Below are positions 22,703-33,838 of a stretch of DNA of 46,550 bases, piece by piece. The position numbers and the translations under genes are program-made. Numbering within the stretch: the first letter of the stretch is position 1; each line of letters begins with the position of its first letter. Source of the DNA: Octopus sinensis (taxonomy: Eukaryota); NCBI RefSeq assembly GCF_006345805.1, contig NW_021834631.1, positions 1-46,550 on the forward strand. The letters run 5' to 3'. The notes beneath the pieces were generated by a model, which searched no databases, was not told where the DNA came from, and worked only from the letters and a program-made list of their open reading frames with translations.

Positions 22703-23912
22703 AGTGTGTCTAGCGATTCTGTTCTGTTGTTCTTGTTATTACTGCGCGTGCGCTACGGTATTGTTGTCGTTGTTGTTGTTTTTCTTTAATTTACTTATAC
22801 ACCGCGTTTGTTAGCAAAATGGACCGGTGATATTGAGTGTGTGGTGTGTGTATATATGTGTGTGCATGTGTTTGCGTGTGTGTGTGCATGTTATCAAATC
22901 TTATTAGGAGTGTAGTTATTCGACGATCTTTGTGTTTGCCTATACGTGTATGTATCTTTGTGTGTATGTGTGTGTGTGTGTATTTGTGCTTCTGTGTATT
23001 TGCATGTGTGTGTGTGTGTGTGTGTTTTCGTCTAAACACAATACTTATTGTAAATGTGATTGTGTCGCAATCTTATCGAAGGGATCCGTATTTAGTTATA
23101 TATGTACACCTTATATTCATATCTTGTAAAGATCTATTCATCCAAGCACAACAAAAGTACAAGAAAGAAAACATCAATAAAACAACAACAACAACAATAA
23201 CAAAAAAAAAGCAAATAGAATAAGTTTGTCTCAAAGAAGAAGAGAATACATTCCGTCACCCTCACCACACCCCGGTACATCCACCCATCAGGCCACCAAC
23301 AAGCCAGCCAACCAACCAACCAACAAACGAACAAATTCATCAGATCATGCATTACTGACCAGAGAACTCTCTAGAACTTAAAGTTCAAAACACGAAGAAT
23401 TTCTAAGCAAACAATTCGCTACAAAAGATTTCCTACAAAGAATGCAACGTTTACCTTTCCGAACGTTCGTACAAAACAGCCTTAAAATGGCCCCTCTTCG
23501 AATTGATGAATTTCCTGGACAGAAATTTTCTGCTTAGCTGCACTTGCTGAAAATTATGTTCTGTCTACTAGCAAGGGTTAAGCCTGAATTGGCCTGGGGA
23601 AGTAGAAACGATTCTTTTGATGGTGCGGCTGTTTAATGCTTCAGGCGAGAACATCAGATGGAAAAGTGGCGTTTTATTGCTGGCCTGACTCTTGCCGGGG
23701 GCAGTGTTATGACCAGTTTGCAGTTATTTTGCACCGACGTATAAACTGAATAATGATCACCACGCAACGAAAGTTGGAATGGCGCAGTCACTCCACTAAC
23801 AGACGTTTTATATTAATAATCTATTGTTTCCAAGAACTTGCTAAAAACTCTTTTTCGTTGATGTATATATGTGTGTACGTATGAATGATTCTATGTATAC
23901 ACGTGTCAATAC

Positions 23913-23965
<53 letters not shown>

Positions 23966-24630
23966 TAGATAGATATAGATATAGATATAGATATAGATAT
24001 AGATATAGATATAGATATATAGATATGTATATATAAACATACATATATATATATGTATGTATGTACACATCTAGATATAGATACACACACATACAGAGGC
24101 AGTACATACGCACATACATATATACACACTTATATGTCATCGCTGCCGATTTATACATACTATCATAGAGTTACATTTTATCTAAAAATATTCCAGTATT
24201 AGTCAAGAAATTCACCAAAACTCTATGTACACATGGCTTTACACTAGTACACACACACACACACTCACACACATATGTGCCTGTGTGTGGCTGTGTATAT
24301 ATATATATATATATATACATATACAGTCACACACACACCACACACACATATACATATATATATATCCATGCATATATACATAGATAGATATATGAGATTG
24401 TATGTATAAATGTGTGTGTGCGTATGTATATATACATACAGAGATAGTGAGAGAGAAACAAAGAGAGAGAGAGAGAGGGGGAGAGAGAGAGAGAAAGAAA
24501 GAAATCAAATAAACAAACAACAAAAGTTAAATAATAGATTAACTAGGAACAATCAATGACTAATGACTGGCGGAAATTTCTTTTGAATAAATCAAATACT
24601 TCCTTTTTTTTGTTGTTGTTGGAAGCTTTG

Positions 24631-24716
24631 GTTGTTTCGAAACAACAAGAGACGGGAAAAAGCGAGAGGAAATGGCTGACGTGATTAGGTGTTGTCACGT
24701 GAGAAGGTGTCACGAC
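24631..24716. promoter_or_regulatory. Candidate regulatory cluster (16-bp palindrome, E-box/CRE-like motifs)
   Basis: GTTGTTTCGAAACAAC (24631-24646), TGACGTGA (24677-24684), GTCACGTG (24694-24701), GTCACGAC (24709-24716). Motif matches only. Confidence 0.25.
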
Positions 24717-25038
24717 AATAGGTTTTGTTTGTTTTGCTTTTGTATAAGTGTTTATTTTTTGTGTTTTATTTTGCATTATTTTATTTCTACTTTATTTTAC
24801 TTCATTTCTGTTATTCCTACTAATTATATTAAAGGAAATGTTTATTTTTGCACAATAGAAATAAACTAGTTATATATGTGTGTATGTGCGCGCGCGTGTG
24901 TGCACGTGTGTGTGTGTGCACGTATGTGGGTGTATGTATGGGTGTGTGTGTACACATGCATATGTAGATAGACGGTTATGTATATGTAGGTATATATGTG
25001 TGTGTATGGGTATATGTATTCCTATATAATCATATATA

Positions 25039-25138
25039 TTACCATTTTGCGGAATCAGCCAGTACTCTAAAAGTACTGACATATATATATATATATTACC
25101 ATTTTGCGGAATCAGCCAGTACTCTAAAAGTACTGACA
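25039..25138 (+). repeat. Perfect 43-bp direct duplication separated by (AT)7
   Basis: ttaccattttgcggaatcagccagtactctaaaagtactgaca at 25039-25081 and 25096-25138. Confidence 0.95.
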
Positions 25139-25174
25139 GGCGAGAGTTCAGCTTCACCACCGGCAATGGAGTAA

Positions 25175-25227
25175 GCATTACTGATGAGTATTAATTTCTA
25201 TACGAAATTTACATGCTAATCTAATAC
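25175..25227 (+). ncRNA. Minimal type I hammerhead-ribozyme-like motif
   Basis: AUUA-CUGAUGA-GUAU(UAAUUUCU)AUAC-GAAA-UU(UACAUGCU)AA-UC-UAAU: full core, G-C-closed helix II, short helices III and I. Confidence 0.45.
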
Positions 25228-25487
25228 ACCTCGCTTGCATTTAAATAGAACATGTGCTTTCTATGGCTAAGGAGTCTCTGACAGTTATTTCTAGCAATAC
25301 CGGTACTCCATGCACCCTTGGTCACTTTTTTAGTGAAGGTGAATTATATCCTTTTTGGTTTTAAATTGCGTCTAGCCACCTCAATTATTAAATATATATA
25401 CACACACACACATACGCACACACACAAACGCACACACACATACACACGGATACGCACACACACACACACACCAACACGGATACGCAC

Positions 25488-25645
25488 ACGACGGGCTCCG
25501 TTCAGTTTCCGTCTACCAAATCGACTGACAATGCTTTGGTCGTCCCGATGATATAGCAGGAGACTCTTGCCCAAAGGTCCACGCGGTGGGGCTGAATCCA
25601 GGAGTATATAGTTGGGTAACAAGCTTCTTATCACACATCCATGCT
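25488..25645 (-). mobile_element. SINE-B 5' half, diverged
   Basis: acgacgggctccgttcagtttccgtctaccaaatc...cttgcccaaaggtccacgcggtggggctgaatcc aligns to 15492-15652. Confidence 0.82.
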
Positions 25646-25679
25646 TTCGACTTTATATATATGTGTGTTATATTATATA

Positions 25680-25698
25680 TGTGTGTATGTATATATAT

Positions 25699-25734
<36 letters not shown>

Positions 25735-25799
25735 CATACATCCATACACCAATCCATACATACATACATACATACATACATACATACATACATACATAA

Positions 25800-25866
<67 letters not shown>

Positions 25867-25972
25867 CATATATCTGTGTGTGTATATGTGCGTATGTATG
25901 TATGTATTTATGTATGTATGTATGTATGTATGTATGTATGTATGTATGTATGTATGTATGTATGTATGTATG
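25680..25972. repeat. Compound (TA)n(TACA)n(TA)n(TATG)n microsatellite
   Basis: Direct tandem arrays; the (TACA)n and (TATG)n blocks are mutually inverted. Confidence 0.95.
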
Positions 25973-26595
25973 TGTTTATGTATACGTTCTGAAGTATTAT
26001 TTTCCTCCATTTCTATATTGTCTTTAATTGTTTTCTGAAATGAATATTGCTTCTCAATGCTTTCCTTGTAATTCTTTAACTATTACATATTAATTTATAA
26101 TTAGTTATAATTAGTTATAAATTAAACAATATGACAGTCAGAAATGACTTCTGTTCTTATTTATCAGAATATTTGTATACAATTGTGATAATGGCAATTA
26201 TAATTTTCGCTCAGAACGGAATTACATTATTGCACTATTGCAAATATGACAGTTATAAGCTCCAGAGTCTGAAGAATTACTCTGCTATAACCGAACACCA
26301 TTTCGTCATTGCCATATTTCACACATGAATAGATTTGATAAATCTGATCGGTGACATGAATGTCGATAACAAATGTACAAAGATGCTTAACAATAATATA
26401 TACCACATAATATGAGTACTAGAAGGAAGTGCTTACTGTAGCATGCCCTCCCTAACGTCCGCCATGCTTCTGTATGTGTGTGCGTATGTGTATGTGTTTT
26501 GTGTGTGTATGTGTGTTTGTGTGTGTGTATCAGGGGATGACATTATAATCGCAATGATTATGATAGTTTTGTTTATATCTTCGTATAATACGTAC

Positions 26596-26725
26596 GTGCG
26601 GGAGTGGTGGTAGCATGGCAGTGAAGTGACCTAAATGCTTTGTGGTACTCACTTCTTTTAAAGTACTGGGTTCAATCTCCGCCAAAGTTTCACTTTTTTA
26701 TATTCCTCCCTGGTCGATGAAATAT
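26596..26725 (+). mobile_element. Highly degenerate SINE-A
   Basis: aaatgctttgtggtact...ctgggttcaatctccgccaaagtttcactt...ctggtcgatgaaat. Confidence 0.5.
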
Positions 26726-27317
26726 ATTTCCATATATAGGTGCGTACGCACGTCTACCTGTCTGTATGTGTGTGTATATATATATATATATATATAAGTA
26801 GTTGAATGAATTATCTTAGTATGGATAATTCGGTTAACTGATACCTGGGTAGCAAATTCACGTCAGAAAAACACGGTTGAAGCTACATGTCAAGGGCAGA
26901 GATCACGTCGTTCAACTCCATTCTTTCATTTATTTGTATATATATATATATATAACTTAGCATGAAATTGTAGAATTAATACTTTTTAGTAGGGTACATA
27001 TTCAAATTTTACAAGAAGATAGGTGACAGTGTCTTCAAAGTTTTGGCTTGCTAACCCACTCTTTTGTTCTTTTTGGTTTTATATAGACTTTGGTAAGATG
27101 TTTTTCTGGAAGCACTTGGAGCTATGTGAAATAATATGTTTCTGGCATCGTGTATATAGGTATACCTACACACATTCATACATATGTATTGAATGCTACA
27201 GGTATTGAGACTCACATTCAGGACTTTAAGTTTCTGTCCTGCAATTTGATGATCATTGCACGCCACCACGTCTTGCAAGACCAGTGCACGTGGCATCATT
27301 GATTACAAATATATGAA

Positions 27318-27384
<67 letters not shown>

Positions 27385-28023
27385 AATATAGAAATAATAG
27401 AAAAATATTTTGAATTTTTATAAATATACACATTTATAATGGTTGACTTGTCGATATCTGCCCATTGCAAGATTTCAAGTCTGTTACCATTATACCATTG
27501 TCAGAAATAATGACTTCATAGTTCATATTTATTGAAATGTATGTTTTTCACCCTCATTCAACATGTGGGGATTACTTCTCAGTCTCTCTGGAAATTAATA
27601 CATATTGGTTTTTCCAGTTTTCTTCGCCGAGTATTTATGACAAACTTTGAAAATTTTCTAGTTGGAGAATTGTTACGCTCATGATGTTTACAAAAGAAGT
27701 GGTTACTAAATGAAATTAATTAATTATAATTTTAAAATGCTGCTAGTTAACTTCCATTGAATAACGCCTATTTACGCAATGAATGTAGTAGAGACGTAAC
27801 AGATGTGACGATAATCGCAACGGATTTGTTTCTTTTGATGCTTTGATGTCAAAGGTTCAACAGCCAGTAATATAAGTAGAGCGATGAAAGCCACTACATT
27901 GTTCGTGAAAGAGAATGTGTTAGGGTCATTAAACTTATTGTTCTATATTTTTTTCAACATTGCAGTGACTTCTCTTACACAACTTTGCTTATATTTCCAT
28001 TATAGTATTTTCATTATAGTATT

Positions 28024-28145
28024 TTTTTCTAGTATAGTCACAAGGTCCGAATTTGGAGGATAAGAAGGGATTAGTCAATTAAATCGACCCCTTAACTTGA
28101 CTGGCACTTTATTTTGTCGACATCTGAACGATGAAAGCTAAAATT
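28024..28145 (-). mobile_element. SINE-A 3' fragment
   Basis: acaaggtccgaattt...ttagtcaattaaatcgaccc...gactggcactttattttgtcgac...gatgaaagc is the reversed A body/tail. Confidence 0.65.
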
Positions 28146-28264
28146 AGTAATATTTGTTTCTAATTTATGAACAAAGCCATCCGTTTGGAGAATAGAACGT
28201 TAGTTGTTGCCACCGCTCCACTTTCTTAAGTATTACTTTATTTTATGGGGCCCGATACAGTGAG

Positions 28265-28360
28265 AGGCGTTCATAATTTAGGTAAAAGGCCAGCAGTTTT
28301 CAGCTAGGTTGTCAGTCGATAATATCGACCCAGTACTTTACTGGTACTTTATTTCATCGG
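28265..28360 (-). mobile_element. SINE-A 3' fragment
   Basis: aaggccagcagttt...cagtcgataatatcgacccagtactttactggtactttatttcatcg. Confidence 0.62.
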
Positions 28361-28925
28361 ACCGAGTTTGTGTGACGTTTTGAAAACTCAATGTTCTTTG
28401 TAGAGGCATATGACAGTCAATGGCCCATTTCTCCTTGCGGCAAATAAATACTAAAGGGGATAAAGTCTGCAAATAAAGACGAATAGCTTATTAATTGCTA
28501 ATTGTAAGTTCCAATAGAAAAAGATATGCAAAGGAATGGATGGTTATCAGCTGCAGTAACATTATCCAAGTCACATCAAATGTAAAAGTAATGATAAGAT
28601 GGCGTCTTGACGGCCAAGATCGAAGTTACGGAAACTATTAGAAAAAACAAACAAACAAGGTAATAAAAATGGGAATGAATGGGTGAGAAATTTGGATGAT
28701 AGAATTATATAGAGAATAAGTTTATTGTTAATAATAAATCTTAGAGCGAGTTATAAACAGTAGCTGCAACACATCGTGACGTATATTTGCCATTTAGATA
28801 TGGCTAACCCCTACTGTAGTTTGTAGCCCCAGGAGGACACCTCCCCCAGCTAGCTTTAGACAAACTTTCTGTGCCCTATCAGTATTTACAAAGGTAAGCC
28901 ATCCTTCCCGTCTTCAACTTATGAT

Positions 28926-28974
28926 ACACACGGACTCGAGTTTCTGGGTATTGACTCGTCATCGGCCTGTGTGC
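28926..28974 (-). ncRNA. Decayed minimal type I hammerhead-ribozyme-like motif
   Basis: Minus strand: GCACACAGG-CCGAUGA-CGAGU(CAAU)ACCCA-GAAA-C(UCGA)G-UC-CGUGUGU. One core change (U4 to C), palindromic UCGA loop, GUC triplet. Confidence 0.5.
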
Positions 28975-28981
28975 TACCATT

Positions 28982-29182
28982 ATAAGCTGGCAGAATCAAA
29001 TGCAAATTGGACAAAATATTTATCAGTAATTCTTTGGGTTCATATTCTGGGTTTAATTCCTACTGACGTAGACTTTGGGAGTCGATAAATTAAGTACCAG
29101 TTTACTCATGGCAGGTGAGTCGAGGTAATCAACTTAACCCCTTTCCGTCAAAATTTCTGGCCTGGTGCCAAAATTAGAAAAA
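28982..29182 (+). mobile_element. SINE-A, diverged, internal deletion, tail A3
   Basis: agctggcagaatc...gactttgggagtcgataaattaagtaccagtt...aaaatttctggcctggtgccaaaattagaaa. Confidence 0.75.
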
Positions 29183-30021
29183 GTTATGACTTGATTTGTT
29201 CTGCACAGTATTGCTTGGGCAGAACTGATGAATCATCGAGGTAAATGATCAAACGGAGCAGTCAGTTGGTAGTGCTAACCGGAACCCCTCCTGTCGTTAT
29301 TTTTTGCAGTGCAGCTGTCCTAATATTTAGCACTTATAAAACATGTGGTTTCCTCTTCAATGACAGTAAGCAATATTGTTTCGAAGGATATTTTTGAGGC
29401 GGCAACATTAAAAGCAGGTCAGGCGACTGAATAAAAAAAAACCAACAACATCAACAACAAAGACAACCTTCCCCATTTAGTTGTAACCATTGCTATTTCT
29501 ATATTTACCGGCTCTGTTACGTTGTTTTCCAATCCTTTGAACTGAATGATGAATTAATGAAATACAGTCTGTACGTTGGTTATGAACAATAGATTTTTTT
29601 CCAAATATGAACTCATGCAGAATAAACTGTTGTAAGGGAAAATAATGGTGTATAGTATAGTATGATTTAGGGTAATGCGCTAAAATTATCACAACTTGCT
29701 CTGGTTTGTTGGTCGTCTCACTGAACAGTCAGCCAATTGATATCTGGTGATATCAATGTTAATTCAATAAGCGGCTACAATCTCACATGATATGAAAGAC
29801 TAACCATTTTATAAAGCTGTAAAACATATCAACATGTGATAAATTCTGTATAAAGATAAAAATTCAATAAATATCACCTCCCTTTACTTCTATTCGATTT
29901 TTCATAATTCTTTGAATTCGAACGTTCACAGTACCAAGTTCAAGGTTATTTTGCATTCTATTTTACGATTTTTTCAAAGATTCGATATCCATAAAAAAAA
30001 TAGTTACTTGAATGAAAAATA

Positions 30022-30022
30022 A

Positions 30023-30068
<46 letters not shown>

Positions 30069-30123
30069 TAATAATAATAATAATAATAATAATGATGATG
30101 ATAATAACAACAACAACAACAAC

Positions 30124-30179
<56 letters not shown>

Positions 30180-30190
30180 TAATAGTAATA
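30022..30190. repeat. (AAT)n/(AAC)n trinucleotide microsatellite
   Basis: Direct tandem arrays. Confidence 0.96.
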
Positions 30191-30404
30191 TAAAATATAT
30201 TGAGAGAAAACTAAATATGGTTTTATATATGACAACACAATTTTATATATTTTATATGATTTTTTTCCCCTCTTGCAAAGAGCTAAATTTTCCTATAAAC
30301 AAATTTTTAATCTTTGACAATCTCAGCCTGGAATCGGCCAACAGCCTCTTCGCTTGGAAAATGTATGAATGTTATAACCTCCAATTATCTCGTGTGGCTG
30401 CCCG

Positions 30405-30436
<32 letters not shown>

Positions 30437-30491
30437 GTGTGTGCGTCTGCGTTTGTGTGAGTGTATTGTGTATCGTGCATGTGTGTCTTTT

Positions 30492-30697
30492 GGTTTGTCC
30501 ACACTAACGCTTGACAACCGGTGTTGGTTTGTTTTCCATTCCCGTAACTTTGCGATTCAGCGATTCGAAAAATGAGATTGGTAGAATAAATAGCAGACAC
30601 AAAAATAAGCACTCGGGTCGATTTGTTCGACGAAACCCTTCAAGACAGTGACCCCAGAATGCCTAAAGTCCAATGACTGAAACAAGTAAAAGATAAA
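30492..30697 (+). mobile_element. SINE-B 3' half
   Basis: cgcttgacaaccggtg...cccgtaactttgcg...ctcgggtcgatttgttcgac...aatgactgaaacaagtaaaaga matches 14534-14663. Confidence 0.75.
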
Positions 30698-30699
30698 TG

Positions 30700-30711
30700 A
30701 GATAGATAGAC

Positions 30712-30748
<37 letters not shown>

Positions 30749-30847
30749 AACAGACAGACAGACAGATAGAATGATAAATAGATAGAAATATAGATAGACA
30801 GACAGACAGACAGGTGGGTAGGCAGACAGACAGACAGACAGACAGAC

Positions 30848-30911
<64 letters not shown>

Positions 30912-30912
30912 T
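30700..30912. repeat. Compound (GATA)n(GA)n(GACA)n microsatellite
   Basis: Direct tandem arrays. Confidence 0.95.
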
Positions 30913-31301
30913 GATGTGCATATATTTCAGAATGTGCGCATGAGCACGTCTCTATGCAGACCTGCGTACTTGGCTATGTGAGCAAGTGTTTGTGTGCATG
31001 TGTGTGTGTGTCTGTCTGTCTGTCTGTACGAGCTAGTGTGTGATTGTTTGTGTGTGTTTGTGTGTGTATGTGTGTGTTCTTGCGTGTGTTTGCGTTTGTG
31101 TTAAGCACGATACAAAAGCAAGTTCGATTTAAATATTGAAGGCGACAGGAAATTGTCACTGATGACCGGCTGAAGGCTTTTTATGACCACTATGATGTCT
31201 ATCTATAGCGATTTGACTATCTCAAGCGGACACTCCACTCATACATACACAACATATACATACATACATACATATATCGACATATATGTGTGCGTGTATG
31301 C

Positions 31302-31333
<32 letters not shown>

Positions 31334-31352
31334 ATGTATATATATATATATC

Positions 31353-31386
<34 letters not shown>

Positions 31387-31415
31387 ATATACATTGTGTG
31401 TAATACACATCGTAC

Positions 31416-31449
<34 letters not shown>

Positions 31450-31761
31450 GCGCATACACACGCCAACATCCCTCACACTCAGGATATCTACTCCTTCTTC
31501 TCTCACTTCTTCTTCATTTTCCCACTCTTTCTCTGCCTCTTATCTTTGCTCTCTCTTACTCTCGTTTTTCTCTCCCACTCTCTCTCTCTCTCATTCTCTT
31601 TCATTCTCTTCCTCTCTCTCTCACTGTGCGTGTGTGTTGTGTGTGTTTGAGACGCACTTTAAACACCTAAAACGAGATGTCTTCACCAATAGAATCATGG
31701 AACACCTTTTAAACCATCCATGCATGTGATACAGATGTTTCTGTCAAGCTTTCATTAGATA

Positions 31762-31765
31762 GCTC

Positions 31766-31826
<61 letters not shown>

Positions 31827-32182
31827 ACAACAGCAGCGACGATGTCAACAACGACAACTACGTCCAGCACCACCACCACCACCACCATCGCAACGACAAC
31901 ATCAAGTGCAAGCCCAACGACCACGATAACAATTACCACAACATAAATAGTAACAACAAGGGCAACACTAACAACAATTACAACATCATAACGACCACCA
32001 GTAACAAAATTAACAACCACAATAACAACAATCATAATGATGTCATTAGCAACAGTTATAATCATATAATTAGCAAAGAATTGCAACATTATTAGCAAAA
32101 GACGACAAAATAATTTAGATACAGTTGCAACATAGAGAACATAAACAACAATTAGAACAACAACAACAACAACAACAACAAA
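31762..32182. repeat. (CAA)n with a long degenerate CAA/CAC-rich extension
   Basis: Perfect core 31765-31812, then decayed triplets. Confidence 0.9.
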
Positions 32183-32381
32183 TACAGTTCACTATCAAGG
32201 TCGTTCCGTTTTGGGTTTTTTTATTTCTTTTTCTGCGCTAATCAAACTAGTTTTTTGTCAGAAAGTCATGGGACAGAACAAAAAAAAACATGGCACTCAC
32301 AGCAAGACAGGCATACATACATACATACAAACATATACACACACACACACGCACACACACACACACAACCCACACACCACC

Positions 32382-32452
<71 letters not shown>

Positions 32453-32509
32453 AGAAGTGAATAGAGACACGTAAAAGTAGAGTGACGGGGATAAAGTGAG
32501 ATTCGCTCC

Positions 32510-32510
32510 G

Positions 32511-32547
<37 letters not shown>

Positions 32548-32646
32548 GTAGTAGTAGTATAGTAGTAGTAGTAGTAGTAGTATAGTAGTATAATAGCAGC
32601 AGCAGCAGCAGTAGCAGTAGTAGTAGTAGTAGTAGTAGTAGTAGTT

Positions 32647-32710
<64 letters not shown>

Positions 32711-32785
32711 CAGTAGCAGCAGCAGCAGTAGTAGTAGTAGTAGTAGTAGTGTAGTAGTAGTAGTAGTAGTTGCTGTTGTTGTTTC
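32510..32785. repeat. Compound (TTA)n(GTA)n(GCA)n microsatellite
   Basis: Direct tandem arrays; the source of the spurious poly-T/N/A ORF 32247-32933. Confidence 0.95.
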
Positions 32786-33100
32786 TGGTGGCGGCGGCGG
32801 CCGGTGTTTGTGGTGGTGGTCGTGATGTTATTGTCATATTCGTAATAACGCTTCTCTTTCTGTCATTTGCTATAATCTTTAAAACACTAGCCATGTGTTC
32901 TATTCTTGAAGATATCAAAGATGAGTCGTGCAAAACGGTAGAACTTTTTACGCTTGCTAATTCAATATCTCACCGTTCTGTTAACACCAAAAGAACAAAA
33001 TAAAAAAAAGGCAAAAAAGAAATATCATTTTCGACTGTCTATTTAAGTTTTTGCAATTCGATAAGGTTTGAACTAATTAGACATAATCTGTATAATTTTT

Positions 33101-33325
33101 GAAGGCAGCCTTATGAATCATTGGCAGAATCGCGAGAGCATCGAACAAAATTTTCTCGCAGGCTTTTCTTCTGACTCGCTATGTTCTGAGTTCAAATCCT
33201 GGCGTGGTTAACTTTGCCGTTCATCGTTTCTGAATCCAGAAAAATACCAGTCAAGTACTGGGGTCGATGTAATCGACTGGTTCCTTCCCCTCAATGTTGC
33301 TGGACTTATTCTTAAATAAGAAACG
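33101..33325 (+). mobile_element. SINE-A, old
   Basis: ttggcagaatcg...gttctgagttcaaatcc...aataccagtcaagtactggggtcgatgtaatcgactgg. Confidence 0.8.
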
Positions 33326-33338
33326 GTCATTATTATAT

Positions 33339-33450
33339 TAAGGTTGGTGGGTTGGTAGAATAGCAAGCGCGTCGAACAAATGCTTTGCGCTATTTCGTTG
33401 CAGCTCTGTATTTCCTGAACTTAAATTCCCCGAAGTTCAACATTGCCTTA
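33339..33450 (+). mobile_element. SINE-A head/body, old, truncated
   Basis: aaggttggtgggttggtagaatagc...aaatgctttgcgctatttcg...aacttaaattccccgaagttcaacattgcc. Confidence 0.65.
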
Positions 33451-33823
33451 CGTCTCTCCGAGAAAATAATTTCTAGTCATCTACCTATTTTTTACAGTTC
33501 TATATTTAAGAGTTGAAGAATTATGTACATTATTTACATTATTTACATTCGACAGATATTTGTCCTCATTTTGTTTGTTGTTAACACTTAAAAACTCGAC
33601 AAGAAGCACATCAGTTCACATATTTTATTCATATGAAAAGAAAAGCTTCTACTCTGAGTAGATTCTTATTTATCTCGGTCTCTGTTCCATCAACAATATC
33701 CTGAAATTGGACTTCGTATCATCGTATAATATCCGTCTATAGAGAGATTCTGTCCCTCGCCGGGTCGAGTCGTTATGCGATTATAATTGCCCTCCATATT
33801 GTTTTCCATTAAATATACATCTA

Positions 33824-33838
33824 CCGGAAGTGACATCA
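33824..33838 (+). promoter_or_regulatory. ETS site overlapping a near-CRE (CCGGAAGTGACATCA)
   Basis: Exact CCGGAAGTG; one base from CCGGAAGTGACGTCA; lies in a locally CpG-retaining unique segment (~33700-33860). Confidence 0.3.

Noticed and set aside
31150-31190. CTGATGA at 31160
   Set aside because: No downstream GAAA or helix II; the same applies to hits at 29225 and 23338.
33481-33590. Segment that looks to me like the end of an abundant octopus repeat
   Set aside because: Based on recollection only; no second copy, terminus or ribozyme core in this window to support a call.
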